From an uncultured Candidatus Rokubacteria bacterium (GTDB lineage: Bacteria > Methylomirabilota > Methylomirabilia > Rokubacteriales > DASRDR01), in contig CAWDVE010000010.1 in the NCBI GenBank assembly GCA_963805625.1, forward strand, positions 2,016,001 through 2,080,000: DNA of 64,000 nt, in the 5' to 3' direction. The position numbers were made by a program, and so were the translations under genes. Within the stretch, counting starts at the first letter, position 1. Each line of letters starts with the position of its first letter. A model generated the notes under the pieces. That model had not been told where the DNA came from, searched no databases, and saw nothing but the letters and a program-made list of their open reading frames with translations. Positions 48,881 through 58,355 of the stretch are shown here, in pieces.

Positions 48881-50068
48881 ATGACCCCGGTGACCGGCCA
48901 CATCGACGACCGCGAGACGATCGCCCTGCTCCAGCGTCTCCTGCGCCTGAACACCGAGAACCCGCCGGGCAACGAGGGACCCGCCGCGCGCCTCCTCGCC
49001 ACCTACCTCGAGCCTCTCGGATTCAAGACGGAGTACCACGAATCGGCGCCGGAACGCGGGAGCCTGGTCGCGCGGCTCCGTGGCACGGGCAGCGGGCGCA
49101 CGCTCGTGATGAACGGTCACCTGGACATCGGGCCGATCGGGACGGGCTGGACGAAGGATCCCCTCGGCGGCGAGATCGAGAACGGCAAGATCTACGGCCG
49201 GGGCGTGAGCGACATGAAGTCCGGCGTGGCCGCGATGGTCGCGGCGGCCCGCGCGGTCGTCCTGAGCCAGATCCCGCGGCGCGGCGACCTGATCCTCATG
49301 CCCACCGCCGACGAGAGCTCCGGCGGGCGCCTCGGCATGGGCCACCTCGTGAAGACGCTCCGGGACCTCCGGGCCGACATGGCCGTCGTCGGCGAGCCCA
49401 CGGTGGGCGACGTCTGCCTGGCCCATCGCGGCGCGGTGTGGGCGGAGATCATCGCGATCGGCAAGTCGGGGCAGGCCAGCCGGCCGGCGTCGGGGATCAA
49501 CGCCATCATGGCCATGGGCCGGGTCCTCCGGGCCCTGGAGACGGACCTCGCCCCGCGGCTCGCCAGCAAGACGCACCCGCTCCTCCCCACGCCGAACCTG
49601 AACGCGGGGCTCATCGACGGTGGCGTCAAGGCCAACGTCATCGCCGAGCGCTGCCGCGTGGTCGTCGACCGCCGCAGCCTGCCCGGCGAGCGCACCGAGG
49701 ACATCGTCGGCGAGATCCGTGAGTGCGCGGCGCGCGCGGTGGAGGGGACCGGGGCACGGGTCGAGGTCAACGTCGTCATGGCCAAGCCGGGGTCGGAGAT
49801 TCCCGCGGACGCCCCCGTGGTCGCCGAGTGCATCCGGGCGTTCGAGGCGGTCGTGGGCCGCCCCCCCGCGGTCCGCGCCAGCCCCGGGTACACAGACGCC
49901 CACTGGTTCAACCTCGACCTCGGCATCCCGGCGGTGGTCTTCGGCCCCTGGTACCTCCACCCGCCGGCCGGGAGCATCTCGGACATCCCCGACGAGCACA
50001 ACTACGTGGAGGACGTCCTGACCGGCACCCGGGTCTATGCGCAGCTCATCGCGAACGTCATCGGCTGA
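48881..50068 (+). CDS. M20/ArgE-DapE family metallo-deacylase
   Basis: NGHLD, GRGVSDMKSG, ADES, GEPT, GYTDA, VFGP. Confidence 0.9.
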   Translation: MTPVTGHIDDRETIALLQRLLRLNTENPPGNEGPAARLLATYLEPLGFKTEYHESAPERGSLVARLRGTGSGRTLVMNGHLDIGPIGTGWTKDPLGGEIENGKIYGRGVSDMKSGVAAMVAAARAVVLSQIPRRGDLILMPTADESSGGRLGMGHLVKTLRDLRADMAVVGEPTVGDVCLAHRGAVWAEIIAIGKSGQASRPASGINAIMAMGRVLRALETDLAPRLASKTHPLLPTPNLNAGLIDGGVKANVIAERCRVVVDRRSLPGERTEDIVGEIRECAARAVEGTGARVEVNVVMAKPGSEIPADAPVVAECIRAFEAVVGRPPAVRASPGYTDAHWFNLDLGIPAVVFGPWYLHPPAGSISDIPDEHNYVEDVLTGTRVYAQLIANVIG

Positions 50069-50116
50069 CGGGCGCGGCGCCGGCCCCGCCGGCCCGCCGC
50101 GCGAGGAGCGGTCCCC

Positions 50117-50995
50117 ATGCTGAGTCTCGACGGCGCGATCGACATCCACGTCCACTCGTCGCCGGAGGTCTTCGGCCGCATCGGAGACGCCATCGAGATC
50201 GCCCGCCGCTGCGAGGCGGCCGGGATGCGGGCGGTCGTGTTCAAGGCGCACCACGAGGGCACGACGACGCGGGCCTACCACGCGAACCGCGAGCTGCGCA
50301 ACCTCACCGCACTCGGCGGCCTGGTCCTCAACGACTTCGTCGGGGGTATCAACCCCGTGGCGGTGAAAGCCGCGCTCGACCAGGGCGCCAAGATCATCTG
50401 GGCGCCCACGATGCACTCAAAGCACCACGAGGAGACGTTCGGCGGCCGCGGCACGTACGGCATCAAGCGGCAGACGGACGAGGGCACGATCCAGCGCCCG
50501 GGCATCGAGGTCCTCGACGCGCGCGGCCAGCTGTCCCCCGCCCTAGTCCAGGTCCTGGAGCTGGTCCAGGAACGTGACGCAGTGTTCGCCACCGCCCACT
50601 TCTCCCCTGCCGAGATCGAGGCGGTGGTGACGAGCTACGCCTCGCGCATGAAGATCCTGATCAATCACCCGTTCTTCCTGCCGCGCACCATGCCCATGGA
50701 CTGGTACGTCCGCATGGCCGAGCGGGGCGCCCACCTCGAGCTCTGCGCCAACATCTGCCAGCCCATGGCCTTCCACCAGGGCGGCGGCATGCTCCTCCAG
50801 CAGGCGGTGGACCTGATCAATGCGGCCGGCGTCGGCCAGTGCGTGGTGGCAACGGACGCCGGCCAGCCCTACAGCCCGTGGCCCGACGAGGAGCTGCGCG
50901 CCTTCATGAACTGCCTCTACGATGTCGGACTGACCGAGACCGACATCCGGCAGGTGATGGTCGAGAACCCGGCCCGGCTGCTCGGGCTGGACTAG
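50117..50995 (+). CDS. DUF6282-family amidohydrolase-fold protein
   Basis: IDIHVHSSP, FKAHH, GGINP, WAPT, ATAH, INHP, TDAGQ, ENPARLLG. Confidence 0.8.
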   Translation: MLSLDGAIDIHVHSSPEVFGRIGDAIEIARRCEAAGMRAVVFKAHHEGTTTRAYHANRELRNLTALGGLVLNDFVGGINPVAVKAALDQGAKIIWAPTMHSKHHEETFGGRGTYGIKRQTDEGTIQRPGIEVLDARGQLSPALVQVLELVQERDAVFATAHFSPAEIEAVVTSYASRMKILINHPFFLPRTMPMDWYVRMAERGAHLELCANICQPMAFHQGGGMLLQQAVDLINAAGVGQCVVATDAGQPYSPWPDEELRAFMNCLYDVGLTETDIRQVMVENPARLLGLD

Positions 50996-50999
50996 CCGC

Positions 51000-51902
51000 A
51001 TGGCCAGCACTGGGACCGGCACCGGTCGGCGCGCCCGCACCGGGTACTGGTTCGTGGCCCCGGCCACGGCGGTCCTCCTGCTCGTCCTCGTGCTGCCGGT
51101 CGTCCACGTCTTCTACGAGTCCTTCGTGTGGACGACGTCGAGCCGGGCCCGCGTCGTCCCGAGCGCGCGGAACTACGTCGCCCTCGCCGAGGACGAGGTC
51201 GTCCGGACTGCGGTGACGAACACGGCCACCTTCACCCTGGTCAGCGTGCTCGGTCACCTGGCCATCGGCCTCGGGGTGGCGCTCCTCCTGAACCAGCAGA
51301 TCCGCGGGCGGGCCGTCTTTCGGAACCTGGCGCTCCTGCCCTGGATGCTGCCGCCGGCGGTGGTGGCGACCGGCTGGGCGTGGCTCTACCACAACCCCTT
51401 CGGGATGCTGAACCCCCTCCTGACCGGGCTCGGCGTCCTGTCGGCGCCCCGGGCCTGGCTCGCTTCCCCCGACACGGCGATGGGCGCGGTGATCGTCGCC
51501 AATCTGTGGCGGGGCTTCCCCTTCATCTCGCTCGTCCTCCTCGCCGGGCTCCAGGCCATCCCCAACGCGCTCTACGAGGCGGCCGGCGTGGACGGCGCGG
51601 GCCCGTGGGCCCGGTTCCGTCACGTGACGCTGCCGGGGCTCCGGCGCGTGATGCTGATCGCGCTCACGCTGGACGTGATCAACACGGTCAAGTACTTCGA
51701 CCTCATCTGGGTGATGACGGCCGGCGGGCCCGCCAACCGGACCGAGGTGCTCTCGACGCTGATCTACCGGCTGGCCTTCCAGTTCTTCCGGACCGGGCGG
51801 GCAGCGGCGCTGGCGATGGTGATGGTGGCGGCGCTCGCCGTCTTCAGCATCTTCTACGTGCGGCTGACGGTCCGGACGGCCGCCGAGACGGCGACGGGAT
51901 GA
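51000..51902 (+). CDS. Carbohydrate ABC permease (MalF-like)
   Basis: LLPWMLP, WRGFPF, LQAIP..LYEAAGVDGA, TAGGPA. Confidence 0.92.
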   Translation: MASTGTGTGRRARTGYWFVAPATAVLLLVLVLPVVHVFYESFVWTTSSRARVVPSARNYVALAEDEVVRTAVTNTATFTLVSVLGHLAIGLGVALLLNQQIRGRAVFRNLALLPWMLPPAVVATGWAWLYHNPFGMLNPLLTGLGVLSAPRAWLASPDTAMGAVIVANLWRGFPFISLVLLAGLQAIPNALYEAAGVDGAGPWARFRHVTLPGLRRVMLIALTLDVINTVKYFDLIWVMTAGGPANRTEVLSTLIYRLAFQFFRTGRAAALAMVMVAALAVFSIFYVRLTVRTAAETATG

Positions 51903-52750
51903 GGGCCGCGTCGGGCGGGCGGCGGATGCGGCGGGTGGTGTGGCCGGCAGCGGTCTACGCCGCGCTGGCCGTCGTGAACATCTTCGTCCTGTTCCCGCTG
52001 TACTCGATGATCGCCACGTCGATCCGGCCCCCATCAGCCGCCATGACGGTGCCGGTCCAATGGTGGCCCGCGGTACCGACCCTGGACGCCTACGTCAACA
52101 TCTGGCTCGGGCGCCCGTACGGCCGTTACTTCCTGAACAGCGCCGCGGTGGCCTCGGCAACGACCCTCGTGTCGATCGGCCTGGCCGCGCTGGCGGGGTA
52201 CGGGTTCTCGCGCTACCGCTTCCGGGGCGCGAGCGGCCTCCTGATGGCGATGGTGGCCACCCAGATGATCCCGAGCATCCTGCTCCTCATCACGTACTTC
52301 AAGGTCGTCTCGTGGCTCGGTCTCTACAACACCCTGACCGCACTGGTGCTCGCCTACACGTCCTTCGTGCTCCCCTTCACCACATGGCTGCTGAAGGGAT
52401 ACTTCGACAGCGTGCCGATCGAGCTGGACGAGGCGGCGATGATCGACGGGTGCTCGCCGCTCTCCGGCTTCCTGCGCGTGATCCTGCCGGTGGCGCTCCC
52501 CGGCATCACAGCGACGTCGATCTACGCGTTCCTGCTCGCGTGGAACGAGTTCATCTTCGCGTACGTCCTGACCGACTCGAGCGAGAAGTACACGATCAGC
52601 GTGGGCATCGCCCACTTCTTCGGAGAGTACAGCGTGGCGTGGAACGAGCTGATGGCCGCCGGCCTCGTGGCGGCGGTGCCGCCGATCGTGCTGTACTTGT
52701 TCACGTCCCGCTTCCTGGTGTCCGGCCTCACCGCCGGCGCCCTGAAATGA
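51899..52750 (+). CDS. Carbohydrate ABC permease (MalG-like)
   Basis: YFLNS, GYFDSVPIELDEAAMIDG, AWNEF, GLTAGALK. Confidence 0.92.
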   Translation: MRAASGGRRMRRVVWPAAVYAALAVVNIFVLFPLYSMIATSIRPPSAAMTVPVQWWPAVPTLDAYVNIWLGRPYGRYFLNSAAVASATTLVSIGLAALAGYGFSRYRFRGASGLLMAMVATQMIPSILLLITYFKVVSWLGLYNTLTALVLAYTSFVLPFTTWLLKGYFDSVPIELDEAAMIDGCSPLSGFLRVILPVALPGITATSIYAFLLAWNEFIFAYVLTDSSEKYTISVGIAHFFGEYSVAWNELMAAGLVAAVPPIVLYLFTSRFLVSGLTAGALK

Positions 52751-52816
52751 GCCCATGGAGCGGCGATGGCCCCAGCAGCCCGCGCCCGCGCGCGCGGACA
52801 GAAGGAGGATGGACGC

Positions 52817-54112
52817 ATGACGACATGGCGACAGGCGAGATGGAGGATGGCATGGGGCGGGGCGGCGCTCGGCATGGCCGCGCTGGCCCTCGCGCTCGCC
52901 GCGCCGGCGACCGCCCAGGCGCCGGTGCAGCTCCGGTTCATGAGCTGGTACTTTGGGGAGGACCCGGCGGGGCCGGCGCTTAAGGCGCTGTTCACCGAGT
53001 TCGAGAAGCGCAACCCCCACATCAAGGTCGTGGCCGAGCAGGTGACCTCGGCCGAGCGGGTGCCGAAGTTCACGGCGGCCATGGAGGCCGGTCGCGGGCC
53101 CGACATCTACATGGACACCCCGCCCAACGCCCCGAATCTCATCGCGCGGGGCTACTGCACGAACCTCGAGCCCCTGATGAAGGCGGAGAAGGAGGACATC
53201 AAGGCTCGCTTCACGAAGGGCGACCTCGACAGCTTCACCGATGACAAGGGCGACCACTTCTTCCTGCCCTACTCCACCGGGCCGATGGGGCTGATCTACA
53301 ACGCCAAGGCCTTCCAGGACGCGGGCCTCGATCCCAACCGACCCCCCCAGACCTGGGAGGAGCTGCTCGACTACTCGAAGAAGCTCACCAAGGGCAACCA
53401 GTACGGCATCGGGCTCTTCGGCAAGGGCGACAACTCGAGCGTGTGGCGCCTCTGGTACTGGTGGATGTCCAACGGCGGCAACGTGCTGACCTCCGACGGC
53501 AAGCGCAGCGCCATCAACAGCCCGGAGTTCATCGAGGCGGTCGATTTCTGGGCCGACCTCTACCGGAAGCACAAGGTGGCGCCCCCGAGCGTCCCCACCA
53601 ACAGCTTCGGGGAGAACAACCAGCTCCTCGCCCAGGGCGTGGTGGCCATGGTCGAGAGCGGCGTGTGGCAGTTCGGGGTGACCGAGAAGATCAACCCGGC
53701 ACTCAAGGGCCAGCTGCGCGCCGCGCCGATGCCGATGCGCAAGGTCAAGGTCGCGGTCGGGGGCGGCACCGACTCCCTCTGTATCACCAAGAGCAGCGCA
53801 CACGTGAAGGAGGCCTGGGAGCTCCTGAAGTTCCTGTCCGACGAGCAGTCGGGCGTGACGATATGGAAGATCCACGGGAAGTTCCCGGCCAACGTCCGCG
53901 CGATGCAGCGGCCGGAGCTCAAGAGCGACCCGCTCGTGACGGCGTTCGAGCCGATGATCCAGGTGGCACGGACACCGTTCAAGAGCACGAAGTACGTCGA
54001 GATCACCCAGGCGCTCGGCGTGATGCAGCAGGAGGTGCTGACCGGCGCGAAGCCAACAGCCGCCGCGGTGAAGACGGCCTCCGACCGGATCGACTCGATC
54101 CTGCGGGACTAG
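52817..54112 (+). CDS. Carbohydrate ABC substrate-binding protein
   Basis: GGAGG RBS, signal peptide, EFEKRNPHIKV, LIYNAKAF..AGLDP..PPQTWEEL. Confidence 0.92.
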   Translation: MTTWRQARWRMAWGGAALGMAALALALAAPATAQAPVQLRFMSWYFGEDPAGPALKALFTEFEKRNPHIKVVAEQVTSAERVPKFTAAMEAGRGPDIYMDTPPNAPNLIARGYCTNLEPLMKAEKEDIKARFTKGDLDSFTDDKGDHFFLPYSTGPMGLIYNAKAFQDAGLDPNRPPQTWEELLDYSKKLTKGNQYGIGLFGKGDNSSVWRLWYWWMSNGGNVLTSDGKRSAINSPEFIEAVDFWADLYRKHKVAPPSVPTNSFGENNQLLAQGVVAMVESGVWQFGVTEKINPALKGQLRAAPMPMRKVKVAVGGGTDSLCITKSSAHVKEAWELLKFLSDEQSGVTIWKIHGKFPANVRAMQRPELKSDPLVTAFEPMIQVARTPFKSTKYVEITQALGVMQQEVLTGAKPTAAAVKTASDRIDSILRD

Positions 54113-54704
54113 GATAGGTCCCTATCGCGCCAGACCTTCAGTAAGCCGCTGAGGGGTCGAGCCAACCCACCGGCCGGCACCGGGGAGGTCGCCCCGGTGT
54201 CGGCCACGCGGGCCCACGGTCGAGTTCCACGCGAATCGCCTTCAGCTGCCGGTGCTCGAACTCGCTGACCATGAGGCCGCGCCACCGCTCGGCGGCCCGG
54301 ACCGTCGATGGGGCCAGGCGATCGGGCGATCAGCAAGAAGCGCAGGGGCGCATGCTGCGAAAGGCGAAGGCGTAAGTGCGCTTCCGAGAGCGCGGTTGGG
54401 CCAGGGTCTGGAGCTGGACGCTGCGCAGGAGGTTGTGGGTCACCCTGAAGCTCCCTAGCGATGCGAGAATTGGGAACCACGAGGGCGTCAGGCGCAAGCT
54501 TACGCGCTCGGTGACGACCTCGGCCAGCGTTTGCCCCTGACGGCGTGTTGCGGCGGTCAATGACCACGTTTCCGCCCTCTTCCCAACCCACCCGGCGCCG
54601 CGGGGTATTGAAGGAGACATCGAATCTCGGGAGTCTGCTACGATACGAACCGGCCTGACGAGCAGCGCATGAGCACCACGCCCTCCGGGAGGTCAGATGC
54701 CTCG

Positions 54705-54826
54705 ATGGCTCGCCTCGAAGACCTGACCCGAGGCGCGACGGTGAAGGGCATCCTGCCCGACCACTCCATGACCGTCGTGGACGCCCAATGGCACGGCTCG
54801 AGATGCGTCGAGCTAACGTACGAAGG
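54705..54826 (+). pseudogene. N-terminal remnant of an SNF2-family helicase gene
   Basis: MARLEDLTRGATVKGILPDHSMTVVDAQWHGSRCVELTYE matches, from memory, the N-terminus of helicases in helicase-DUF1156-DUF499 loci; similarity ends after about 40 aa. Confidence 0.55.
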
Positions 54827-54973
54827 GGAGGCCGGTCCTGGCCGGTCGCTCCCACGGGGTGGCGGGACTCGCTTCTGTGCGCCCATCCCGCGTCTGCGCC
54901 ACGATAGGCGCGTGACCGCGAGAGCCACGGTTCGGATCGGCGGCCCCCCGGGGGGTGCTTCGCGGAGGGTGTC

Positions 54974-57409
54974 ATGAATCGAGAGTGGTCGGCGCGGCAG
55001 TCGATCGACGACGATCCCGACGTGCGCATCGAGCGGGACGGCGCCGCCGTCCGTCAGGTCCTCCATCTGACGCGCCCGTTCATGCACGAGGGCGCCACCT
55101 CGCCCGAGGACCTCGCCGCCCAATACCTCCGCGTCCGTGCCAACCTGTTCGACATCGACCCATCCACCCTTCCCGGCTCCCCGTCGCCGGCCCAGGACGG
55201 GGCCCGCCTGGACCCGAACCCCATGTCGGTCGAGAGCCGGGAGGGCGAGAGCGTGGCGGTCATCTTCCAGCAAATCCAGAAGATCGAGTCCCCGGCTCCG
55301 GAAAACGCCCGGTTTGACCTCCCCATCTGGGGGGCGGGCATCCGGGTCATGGTCGCTCGCGCTCCGCTCCGCGTGACGAGCGCCTACACCACGCTCCAGC
55401 CTGACCTGCCGAAGACGGTCGCCGTAGAGAGCGGGCCCTACCCCTATCCGAAGACGGCAGAGGAAGCGGCTCCGGGAAGGGCCGATCCGGCCACCGTCGA
55501 GGGTTACTTCGCGTACCCGGGTCCGGACCCTCGCCTGCGCGCGCGGGCCTCTACCCCGGTGCTCGTCTTCGGTCGGGAGGAGCATCTGGAGAACGGCCGG
55601 ATCCTTCCCTACCGCTACTATCACGACCTCGAGACGGTCATCCGCAAGGAGGTGCTCGTCTCCTCGGCCGCCGGCCTCGTCTTTCCCGTGGATCCCAGAA
55701 GCCAGAGCGCTCAGCCCGAGCCTGGCCCGTACCGCCCCGGGACGGAGCTCGACGCCTACGCCGCGCACCGGTCGCTACCGGACCTCACCGCCCCGGCGCC
55801 CGGGGGCAATTGGACGCTCGAGGGGACGCGGGTCTATGTCGCGCAGCCCAACCCGCTCGGCATCGCTCCGCCGTCCGAGCCGGGCCAGCTCTTCGACTAC
55901 ACGGCCCGCACGAATCACTTCGCGGGCGTGAACGCCTATCGTCACTGCGACGCGGCGTTCCGGATGGTGGCGGCCCTCGGATTCCCCCTAGCTGTGTACT
56001 TCAAGCCGAACCACGATGCCGGCAAGTTCCCGATCCGGGTCGTGCACCGGGCGCCGATCCCCCCAGGGCGGGGGCTCTTCGACGGCCGGACGGTCAACGC
56101 CCAGGTCACCGGCGACGAGCTCCCCGGCGTCGTGGGCGAGATGCGCTTTGCCCTCGCCGATCTCACTGACGCGGTCGATAACCCGATCGGAATCGCTGCC
56201 GACGCGCGGTTCGCGTGGCACGAGTTCGGGCACGTTCTGCTCATCGCGGCGACTGGGGAGATCGAGTTCCGGTTCGCCCACGGTGCCGGCGACGCCCTCG
56301 CCGCCGTGATCTGCGATCTCGACTCGCAGGTCGCGGTGAGTCCCCAGCTCGCGCCATGGCGCGGCGTGACGTTCCCCTGGGTGGAGGCGCTCCGGCGCCA
56401 TGACCGTCGGGCCGAGGACGGCTGGGCCTGGCACGGCTCGCTCTATGACCGCGCCACGTACGGCGAGATCCGCGATCCCGCCGGCTACCGGGCGGAGCAG
56501 CTCCTCTCGTCGACGCTGTTCCGGCTCTACCTGGCCCTGGGCGGAGCCGCCCAGCTTCCGGGAGGCCAGCCGGCCGCCCTGGCGCGCCGGACGGCCGCGG
56601 CCTACACGGCGTACCTGATCGTGCGGGCGATCCGCGCCCTGGGTCCGGCTTCGACGGCGCCGGCCCTCGACGCGTACGGCCTGGCCGGCGCGCTCCTGGA
56701 CGCCGACGTCGGGACCGGCTCACTGCTCCCGGACGAGGCGCTGTTCGCGCCGTTCCCGGCCCGCCGCCGACGGGGCGGGGCGGCGCACAAGGTCGTGCGT
56801 TGGGCATTCGAGCGCCAGGGCCTCTACGCGCCGGCGGCGGGTCGCCGCCCCTGGAACGCTCCCGGCGATCCCGAGGCGGTCGACGTCTACATCGACGACG
56901 GGCGCAACGGGCAATACGGCTACACGGCAGCCTGGGAGGCTCAGGCCCCCCATCTGCGGGTGTCGGCCACTCCGAATCCCAATGACCCGGACGTCCCCCC
57001 GCACGCCAATGTGTCGAGTCACGTCTTCGTCCGGGTCCAGAATCGCGGACTCCAGCCGAACCCCCAGCCCGCCACGGTCCGGGTGTTCGTGGCGCGCGTT
57101 CCTCCAGCCGGGCGGCCGCGCTGGCGCCTCGGGCCGGGCACGGGCAATCCTTGGGCCGAGTTGCAAGGTGAAGTCGGTGCGACGACCAGCGCCGTCGTGC
57201 CGCCGGGGCAATCGGTCGAGTTCGGACCGTTCCGCTGGCGGCCGCCAGTGGCCGGGCTACACAGCCTCCTGGCCTGCGTCGACGCGCCAGGGGATCGCTG
57301 CAACGCCCTCAGCCCCACCCTCGCGTGCGCGATCGGCCCGACGCGGCTGGATCACCTGGTGCCGCTCGACAACAACATCGCCTACCGGGAGGTGGCGGTC
57401 CTCGCCTGA
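54974..57409 (+). CDS. Zinc metallopeptidase-like protein (M36/M4 gluzincin-like) with a C-terminal Ig-like domain
   Basis: GGAGG RBS; propeptide-like N-terminus; NAYRH, VNAQ, WHEFGH (HExxH), AHGAGD; C-terminal VFVRVQNRG...DNNIAYREV CARDB-like pattern. Confidence 0.75.
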   Translation: MNREWSARQSIDDDPDVRIERDGAAVRQVLHLTRPFMHEGATSPEDLAAQYLRVRANLFDIDPSTLPGSPSPAQDGARLDPNPMSVESREGESVAVIFQQIQKIESPAPENARFDLPIWGAGIRVMVARAPLRVTSAYTTLQPDLPKTVAVESGPYPYPKTAEEAAPGRADPATVEGYFAYPGPDPRLRARASTPVLVFGREEHLENGRILPYRYYHDLETVIRKEVLVSSAAGLVFPVDPRSQSAQPEPGPYRPGTELDAYAAHRSLPDLTAPAPGGNWTLEGTRVYVAQPNPLGIAPPSEPGQLFDYTARTNHFAGVNAYRHCDAAFRMVAALGFPLAVYFKPNHDAGKFPIRVVHRAPIPPGRGLFDGRTVNAQVTGDELPGVVGEMRFALADLTDAVDNPIGIAADARFAWHEFGHVLLIAATGEIEFRFAHGAGDALAAVICDLDSQVAVSPQLAPWRGVTFPWVEALRRHDRRAEDGWAWHGSLYDRATYGEIRDPAGYRAEQLLSSTLFRLYLALGGAAQLPGGQPAALARRTAAAYTAYLIVRAIRALGPASTAPALDAYGLAGALLDADVGTGSLLPDEALFAPFPARRRRGGAAHKVVRWAFERQGLYAPAAGRRPWNAPGDPEAVDVYIDDGRNGQYGYTAAWEAQAPHLRVSATPNPNDPDVPPHANVSSHVFVRVQNRGLQPNPQPATVRVFVARVPPAGRPRWRLGPGTGNPWAELQGEVGATTSAVVPPGQSVEFGPFRWRPPVAGLHSLLACVDAPGDRCNALSPTLACAIGPTRLDHLVPLDNNIAYREVAVLA

Positions 57410-57449
57410 CGGGCCATCCGTCGAGCTCGGGTCGGCGGCTGCGCCCGTC

Positions 57450-58355
57450 TCACGCCCACTCGCCGGCCGCGCTCGTGAGCAGCTGCGCGAAATAGGGACA
57501 CTGCGCGGCATTCTTGAGCAAGGCGAAGCTCTGGTCGGCCAGATATTGGCCCGCCTGGGAATCGGATGCGTAGTGAAAGCCCCCCCGCTCGCGGTTGACG
57601 GCGACGCGCTCCGCCAGCCAATCGAGCGCGGGTCCATGCGAGAGCTTGATCGCCGCCGGCAGCGCCTCCTTGAGGCAGAGAGTCATCAGCCGGCTCTGGG
57701 TGGCGTGGCCGCTCGGAAAGGCCGGGTGCGCGGGCGGGCCGAAGGGCGGGCACAGGCCCGGGGACAGCACGGAGGGCCGCGGCCGCTTGTACGTGTACTT
57801 GAAGTGCATCGCGATGATCTCGCCGACGCGCACCGCCACGTTCAGCAGCACCAGGTTCCAGAACTTCGTCGTCCTGTCGAGGTTGAGCAGCGACGCCCAG
57901 TACTGCGGCGCACCGTCGTGCTGGATCACGATCTCCGCCAGGTAGCGCTCGCGCTGGTCGCGCATGAGCGTCTGAAGTCCATTGATCTCGCCGTTGACGA
58001 AGGCCTGAGCTTGCGCCGGTGTCGTTCCGCCGAAGGCGGTCGACCACTGGAGGAGATTGACCGGGATTTGGATCTGCTGCCACGGCGTGCCAGCGAACTC
58101 GTTCACATACCGCAGGGCGAGCAACGCCGGATCCCACTTCTCGTCGGCATAGTCCTGCCACGGCGGGGCTTGGATCTCCACGGGAAAGCTCGGCGGTGCG
58201 TTGGGGGCGAGCGTGAACTGGAGTGTCAGCGGCGCCGCGCCCAGCTCGGGCGGCGTACCGCCGAAGCCCATCCCCATGCCCATGCCCATGCCCATTCCCA
58301 TCCCCATGCCCATGCCCATGCCCATCCCCATGCCCATGCCCATCCCCATCCCCAT
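57450..58355 (-). CDS. PAP2/vanadium-dependent haloperoxidase-like protein with N-terminal (Met-Gly)15
   Basis: AAAAGGAGG RBS; motifs KYTYKRPRP (K-x6-RP), HPAFPSGHA and NRERGGFHYASD. Confidence 0.88.
   Translation of the reverse strand: MGMGMGMGMGMGMGMGMGMGMGMGMGMGMGFGGTPPELGAAPLTLQFTLAPNAPPSFPVEIQAPPWQDYADEKWDPALLALRYVNEFAGTPWQQIQIPVNLLQWSTAFGGTTPAQAQAFVNGEINGLQTLMRDQRERYLAEIVIQHDGAPQYWASLLNLDRTTKFWNLVLLNVAVRVGEIIAMHFKYTYKRPRPSVLSPGLCPPFGPPAHPAFPSGHATQSRLMTLCLKEALPAAIKLSHGPALDWLAERVAVNRERGGFHYASDSQAGQYLADQSFALLKNAAQCPYFAQLLTSAAGEWA
58266..58355 (-). repeat. Hexanucleotide tandem repeat (ATGGGN)15 encoding (MG)15
   Basis: 90 nt; ATG is invariant and the Gly codon varies (GGC/GGG/GGA). Confidence 0.95.

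Noticed and set aside
46586-50416. 1276-aa minus-strand ORF
   Set aside because: Antisense shadow of the cyclase, M20 and DUF6282 genes in high-GC DNA. Only the last 159 codons (from ATG 47065, with RBS) look real.
58266-58355. CRISPR array or phase-variable SSR
   Set aside because: No spacers; the 6-nt unit preserves frame and is synonymously diversified.
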